Shown: positions 41,942 through 45,912 of the stretch, in pieces
Layout of the letters: each line of letters starts with the position of its first letter
How positions within the stretch are numbered: the stretch's first letter is position 1
DNA from: a virus
IMG/VR virus record: IMGVR_UViG_3300045988_103468
Location: 1-45,912 of that record
DNA: 45,912 nucleotides
Reading direction: 5' to 3' (one strand)
The notes under the pieces: model-generated
What the model saw: the letters and a program-made list of their open reading frames with translations, nothing else
Told to the model about the DNA's origin: nothing
Database searches by the model: none
Program-made: the position numbers and the translations under genes

Positions 41942-42341
41942 ACACAAAAGATAACCAACCATGAAAACACTTTATCTCTGGGTTTCAGACAAAGGCTGGA
42001 CACCCTTTCAGTACAATGAACTTTCTGAATTATCCCCCGAATTTGAGGCGCGCAATATCAAACTGGGCGACGGGTGCGAACTGGGCGACGGGTGCAAACT
42101 GGGCGACGGGTGCGAACTGGGCGACGGGTGCGATGTTCCGAAATCGCTATTTATCAGCGCATCTCGTCATACAGTATCCTATTGGGGTGAGGATGTTATT
42201 CAAATAGGCTGCAAACGCTACACCATTTCCGAGTGGCAGAAGCATTTCCGAAAAATTGGCGAGGCCGAAGGCTATAGTCCCGAGCAGATGGAGGAATACA
42301 AAGGGTATATAGACCTGATCGCTGCAATGCACAAGACGTGG
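41938..42341 (+). repeat. 404-bp direct repeat, copy B
   Basis: See 29834-30237. Confidence 0.9.
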
Positions 42342-42353
42342 GCGTTACACTAA
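41961..42353 (+). CDS. Hypothetical protein with LGDGC hexapeptide repeats, paralogue B
   Basis: 130 aa, near-identical to 29857-30264. Confidence 0.75.
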   Translation: MKTLYLWVSDKGWTPFQYNELSELSPEFEARNIKLGDGCELGDGCKLGDGCELGDGCDVPKSLFISASRHTVSYWGEDVIQIGCKRYTISEWQKHFRKIGEAEGYSPEQMEEYKGYIDLIAAMHKTWALH

Positions 42354-42365
42354 AACATCCTAACC

Positions 42366-42857
42366 ATGAGCAAGGGAATTTATCGACGGGTGCATAAACA
42401 ACCTTACAGTGATATGCCTGACCACGTTGAGACGATTTTAATGAAACTTACACGCGAGGAACTGAGACTAAGTTACAACGCGGTTTGCAACGCCTATCTG
42501 GCCGCTTTCTGCGAAAAGCACGGCTACGATTATGAGCCGGATGCGTGGGTAGGCGACGACCCCGGAGGAATTGCAGAGGTCGGCGATCTATTCGTGAGCA
42601 TGGCCGATATGCTGACGGACATCGACCGAGACGCTCCGAAGGAGGAATACATCAAGTACTACGACTACTGTATGCGTGTCGGAGGGATTTGTGACGGCAA
42701 ACTGAACACCCCGAATTACGACAGCTGGCTGCGGGGATGCCCGCGGATGGACGAGGAGCAAATAGCTCGGCTGGAGGAATTGCAACGGGATGTGCGTAGT
42801 GCAGAGATGAATTTGAAGGTCGAGATCGACAGAATTAACAACCTCAAACAAGAATAG
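42366..42857 (+). CDS. Hypothetical protein
   Basis: 163-aa ORF. Confidence 0.6.
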   Translation: MSKGIYRRVHKQPYSDMPDHVETILMKLTREELRLSYNAVCNAYLAAFCEKHGYDYEPDAWVGDDPGGIAEVGDLFVSMADMLTDIDRDAPKEEYIKYYDYCMRVGGICDGKLNTPNYDSWLRGCPRMDEEQIARLEELQRDVRSAEMNLKVEIDRINNLKQE

Positions 42858-42859
42858 TT

Positions 42860-43285
42860 ATGCGAGAGATTAAATTCCGAGGCAAGCGCCTCGACAATGG
42901 GGAATGGATATATGGCGACCTGCAAATTGGGGATGACGACCATATTCCAATGATTGGTACTGTCGGGCCGGGGCGTTGGGTAGAATATATACAGGTTGAT
43001 AAAAATACAATCGGGCAGTTTACCGAACTCAAAGACAAGAACGGAAATGATATTTGGGAGGGAGATATATTCAAAGAAGACGGTAGCGGAATTGTGCGAT
43101 CCGTCTTCCGAGTTCCCGGCGGTCTCGCTTTTGAGGATAATCCCGTATCGTTCGGCTATGACCATAGGTCGCCGTTATATCCGTATTCTCCTATTGCCGA
43201 AGCACAAAGCGTATCATGGATGGCTCAATGTTGCGAAGTAATTGGCAATATTCACGACAACCCGGAATTACTTAAAACTGAATAA
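42860..43285 (+). CDS. YopX-family protein
   Basis: MREIKFRGKRLDNGEWIYG...IGQFTELKDKNGNDIWEGDI...VIGNIHDNPELL, the hallmark YopX pattern. Confidence 0.8.
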   Translation: MREIKFRGKRLDNGEWIYGDLQIGDDDHIPMIGTVGPGRWVEYIQVDKNTIGQFTELKDKNGNDIWEGDIFKEDGSGIVRSVFRVPGGLAFEDNPVSFGYDHRSPLYPYSPIAEAQSVSWMAQCCEVIGNIHDNPELLKTE

Positions 43286-43287
43286 CC

Positions 43288-43860
43288 ATGCAGAAGATAA
43301 TGTTTAACGACCGATACCATCATACAAACGCGGTTATCGAGGAACGCAAGACCAGGGCGACGCAAATTATGGCTGGGATCGACTTTCCGGTCAACATGGT
43401 TATGGGGCGCGTCCTCCCCGACAAAGATGGGAAGATATATGCAGTTGCCAATGGGGAGAATATCATCGTGAAATTGCGCTACAAGGTCGGCGAGGTCGTG
43501 GCCGTGGCGCAATGCTACAACGATGTGGTGCGGGAATTTACGGATTTGGCGTTTGTGCCCGGAAGTACTAACAAAATGTTCGTCCGTGCTGACCTAATGC
43601 CCCACCAAATCCGCATCATCGGAATCCGCTGCGAGCGGTTGCGGGATATTTCGGACGAGGAGTGCATAAAGGAAGGAGTGTATGCAGGTTCGCAAGCATT
43701 AGAATACCCATACTATTTTATAGACACAAAACAATTCCTGATCTGTGATTATAAATCACCCAGAGAAGCCTTTGCCGCTCTTATCGACAAGGTGTCCGGC
43801 CGTGGAACATGGGATCGGAACCCGTGGGTGGTGGTTTACGAATTTGAATTGGTGAAATAG
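43288..43860 (+). CDS. Hypothetical protein (ASCH-like N-terminal pattern)
   Basis: KIMFNDRYHHTNAVIEERKTRATQI resembles ASCH-domain phage proteins. Weak, judged by eye. Confidence 0.55.
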   Translation: MQKIMFNDRYHHTNAVIEERKTRATQIMAGIDFPVNMVMGRVLPDKDGKIYAVANGENIIVKLRYKVGEVVAVAQCYNDVVREFTDLAFVPGSTNKMFVRADLMPHQIRIIGIRCERLRDISDEECIKEGVYAGSQALEYPYYFIDTKQFLICDYKSPREAFAALIDKVSGRGTWDRNPWVVVYEFELVK

Positions 43861-43861
43861 T

Positions 43862-44053
43862 ATGAAATTAGCAATTACAATATGCAGACCGTGTAAACCT
43901 AAGTGTCTGTATGAATTTACTGGTGATATAGAGACAGTACGTGAAACTTATGTAGTTGATGTGCCTAATATGCCGAATGCGGTTGTCGAGGCTGCGAATG
44001 AGGGTAATGCCGAAGGCTGTGTTGTAGGTATATCGTTTATAAAGGAGCCATGA
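43862..44053 (+). CDS. Hypothetical small protein
   Basis: 63-aa ORF coupled to its neighbours. Confidence 0.5.
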   Translation: MKLAITICRPCKPKCLYEFTGDIETVRETYVVDVPNMPNAVVEAANEGNAEGCVVGISFIKEP

Positions 44054-44535
44054 AATTCACAACCCCATGCTTTGTCCGTGTCGAGGATGCGGAAAAGCGA
44101 AAGGAGCTGACTGAATGGTTGGAAGGAATCGGGTATTATGTATGCTCCTGCTGCTTGTTTGGAGGCTGTAACACCCTGCATTGCTGTGGGATTGATCGGC
44201 TTAAAATCGCTTACGAGGTGCACGGGATCTGCGACTACGACGAGGAAACCCGATATTCCATCGACCAGTTCAAGGCTGAAAATGTTGCCAAAGGACACCC
44301 TGCCATAGACTGCGGCGAGAATATCGAGCTGTTTAAGGCACTGGCGGCGATGAACGACGAGAACGACCGCGAGCAGTGGTTTATCGCGGAGGAAGCGAAG
44401 GCATGGGTAAACCAAGGGCTGTATGCACCCATTGGGAGCTTCGAAAAATGCTTGCTGGAGCATCGGGTCGGTATCCCCGCCCGTAAGGCCACGGTTGAGG
44501 AGATTATCGAACATTTCAAAAAGAGGGAGAAATGA
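44050..44535 (+). CDS. Hypothetical Cys-rich protein
   Basis: 161-aa ORF with an ATGA overlap. Confidence 0.6.
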   Translation: MKFTTPCFVRVEDAEKRKELTEWLEGIGYYVCSCCLFGGCNTLHCCGIDRLKIAYEVHGICDYDEETRYSIDQFKAENVAKGHPAIDCGENIELFKALAAMNDENDREQWFIAEEAKAWVNQGLYAPIGSFEKCLLEHRVGIPARKATVEEIIEHFKKREK

Positions 44536-44792
44536 TACGAGCAAGATTCTATATCAAATTCAAAGATTGCGGTAACGATTATCGGCCAGTTAAATGGCCG
44601 ATCAAGTATCCGTATTGGTGTACGGGCGAAAGCGTCGACGCTTTCGTTATTGTCGCCTATGCCGAAAATGTCGAGCAAATAAAGGGGCTATGGCCGGAGG
44701 CTTATATGATCGAATGCGAGGAAGTGAATGAAATAACCTTCACTACAAGATTCCCAAAACCGAAGTGGTACAATTCGAGTTCGAATTGTTGA
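44532..44792 (+). CDS. Hypothetical protein
   Basis: 86-aa ORF with an ATGA overlap. Confidence 0.55.
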   Translation: MIRARFYIKFKDCGNDYRPVKWPIKYPYWCTGESVDAFVIVAYAENVEQIKGLWPEAYMIECEEVNEITFTTRFPKPKWYNSSSNC

Positions 44793-44823
44793 AATATCGA
44801 GATTCTCGCAAAATCAAGATAAA

Positions 44824-44931
44824 ATGCAGAAAAATGAGAACCTTACAGTATTCGAAGCTGTAGCAGCCGATGCCGTATCATACGCTGATGCCGTCCTTGA
44901 AGAGCTGGAGAAAACGGAGAAGAAATTATGA
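44824..44931 (+). CDS. Possible 35-aa ORF
   Basis: Translated by hand: MQKNENLTVFEAVAADAVSYADAVLEELEKTEKKL. ATGA overlap with the next ORF. Confidence 0.3.
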   Translation: MQKNENLTVFEAVAADAVSYADAVLEELEKTEKKL

Positions 44932-45035
44932 AAAAGCAATATAATGAAAGGCCTACAACCATAATAGTTTGGCTGGTCGTAATACTGGCAATAATAGTTA
45001 TGATCGCCTTTACCGGAATCAAGCCGGCAATGTAA
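44928..45035 (+). CDS. Possible 35-aa hydrophobic peptide
   Basis: Translated by hand: MKKQYNERPTTIIVWLVVILAIIVMIAFTGIKPAM. Followed within 2 nt by a terminator. Confidence 0.4.
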   Translation: MKKQYNERPTTIIVWLVVILAIIVMIAFTGIKPAM

Positions 45036-45036
45036 A

Positions 45037-45061
45037 GGGCTCCCTGATCCGGAGCCCTTTG
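45037..45061 (+). terminator. Intrinsic terminator
   Basis: GGGCTCC-CTGATCC-GGAGCCC followed by TTTG. Confidence 0.65.
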
Positions 45062-45133
45062 CGTTTGTGGCGCTCTCAAGCCCCACCTTTGACACATCAC
45101 TCCAAAGGTAGCAACTTATTTCGATTAAAGCAA

Positions 45134-45415
45134 ATGGGGAGAAGGGCGGAAGGGCGGCCAACTATCGCCGACTATACGGTATGGACAAATGAACTGAGCC
45201 GGGAAGAACTGATGATAATTATACATGGCATATGCAATCATCGGATCAACCAAGCGAAGAGGAAGCTCCAGTTTTTGCGGGCGCAGCGCGACAGGCGCCG
45301 AGCCACGCGGGGTAAATACAGGGAACCGAATACGCCTATTTCGTGGCGGAGGTTTAAAACAAAGGAAAGAGATCATATTGACGGACGGCAACAGGAGTTG
45401 CCACTATTTTTATAG
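45134..45415 (+). CDS. Hypothetical basic protein upstream of xis
   Basis: ORF 44969-45415 trimmed to MGRRAEGRPT, downstream of the terminator. 93 aa, Arg/Lys-rich. Confidence 0.5.
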   Translation: MGRRAEGRPTIADYTVWTNELSREELMIIIHGICNHRINQAKRKLQFLRAQRDRRRATRGKYREPNTPISWRRFKTKERDHIDGRQQELPLFL

Positions 45416-45418
45416 AAC

Positions 45419-45763
45419 ATGGATAGTTTGCTCATGCAAGTTATGCGGGATCGCCAATCCGACGCGATGCTATTGATTAGCGCTTCAGATTTGCGTACCT
45501 TTGCAAATGTGCTCATTCAGGAGACAGGGGATAGCGTTGCTGAAAAAACATTCAGCGCCGTGAAAGCAGCTATGGGTGATAAGATAAAGTATTGTACCCG
45601 TGGAGAGGCGTCCGAGATTTTAGGAGTGTCCTATCCGACATTGCATCGGTGGGAGAAAGAAAAGTGTCTAATCCCAGTAAGAATAGGACGAAAAGTGCTA
45701 TATTTGCGTAATGAAGTGGACGCATTCAAAGCACGAGGACGCACACGAAGTTTGGGAAAATGA
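45419..45763 (+). CDS. xis: Excisionase / MerR-AlpA-like HTH protein
   Basis: CTRGEASEILGVSYPTLHRWEKEKCLIPVRIGRKVLYLRNEV is the typical excisionase-type HTH. It is the last gene before attR. Confidence 0.75.
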   Translation: MDSLLMQVMRDRQSDAMLLISASDLRTFANVLIQETGDSVAEKTFSAVKAAMGDKIKYCTRGEASEILGVSYPTLHRWEKEKCLIPVRIGRKVLYLRNEVDAFKARGRTRSLGK

Positions 45764-45782
45764 AGTGAAAACCTGTATTATA

Positions 45783-45803
45783 TCGCCAAAAATAAGCCAA
45801 AAA
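45783..45803 (+). promoter_or_regulatory. TCGCCAAAAA / AGCCAAAAA repeats, candidate arm-type sites (P arm)
   Basis: Same motif and orientation as 145-166. Confidence 0.45.
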
Positions 45804-45815
45804 CATGAATAATAA

Positions 45816-45856
45816 AAATAGCAACCATCAGATTGTCAGATGATTGCTATTTTGAA
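45816..45856 (+). terminator. Terminator hairpin after xis, abutting attR
   Basis: AATAGCAACCATCAGA-TTG-TCAGATGATTGCTATT imperfect hairpin followed by TTTGAAA. Confidence 0.6.
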
Positions 45857-45857
45857 A

Positions 45858-45912
45858 TTGTAGTCCCGACGGGACTATAGGTAATATTATCTCATGAAAT
45901 CATTGGGATTGC
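45858..45912. repeat. attR: right copy of the att core direct repeat
   Basis: Identical to 1-55. Confidence 0.85.

Larger units (their letters stand above)
1..45912. mobile_element. Complete integrated temperate tailed phage (prophage), attL-int ... xis-attR
   Basis: Identical 55-nt direct repeats at both window ends. Tyrosine integrase at the left end and excisionase at the right end. CI-like repressor with a divergent early operon. Terminase, portal, prohead protease, HK97-like capsid, tape measure, tail fibre and holin/endolysin are all present. Several TAnnTTTG -7 boxes typical of Bacteroidota promoters. Confidence 0.9.

Noticed and set aside
44814-45161. 115-aa and 85-aa minus-strand ORFs near the right end
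   Set aside because: They are antisense to two coupled small plus-strand ORFs and run through a plus-strand terminator. The composition is not convincing.

Overview
The window is one complete integrated temperate tailed phage of about 45.8 kb. It is bounded by identical direct repeats of at least 55 nt (attL 1-55, attR 45858-45912). The host type looks Bacteroidota, based on TAnnTTTG -7 promoter boxes and the integrase architecture; this is inference only. Left arm, almost all minus strand: integrase, an accessory block of small unknown genes (HExxH protein, RGG/YG-rich protein, Gly/Cys-rich membrane protein, free-standing HNH endonuclease), a translationally coupled lysis cassette, a tail fibre with a beta-helix depolymerase-like domain, tape measure, tail and head-tail genes, HK97-like capsid, prohead protease, portal and terminase. 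Centre: an AT-rich lysogeny module with a secreted/membrane moron, a CI-like repressor and a divergent switch carrying a perfect palindromic operator. Right arm, plus strand: early regulators, a tRNA/ncRNA locus, a Dam-like methyltransferase, Erf/SSB/NinG/replication initiator, a four-gene DNA-modification island, small unknown genes and an excisionase. Items most worth follow-up: (1) a 111-nt non-canonical tRNA-like element followed by about 0.5 kb of ORF-poor, hairpin-dense sequence, then a tRNA-Gln(UUG) embedded in a structured promoter-to-terminator unit; (2) a C5-MTase / radical-SAM / PP-loop (PAPS-reductase-like) / DPPH-MTase island whose cassettes are joined by a recurring 16-nt junction, with a 20-codon in-frame ghost of the PP-loop gene beside it; (3) a Dam-like MTase carrying 15 in-frame 9-bp tandem repeats between motifs I and IV; (4) 404-bp direct repeats bracketing the whole early/replication region; (5) a conserved 36-nt motif upstream of two structural operons. 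No CRISPR array, rRNA, transposase or reverse transcriptase was seen. All functional calls come from motifs read by eye; no database search was run.
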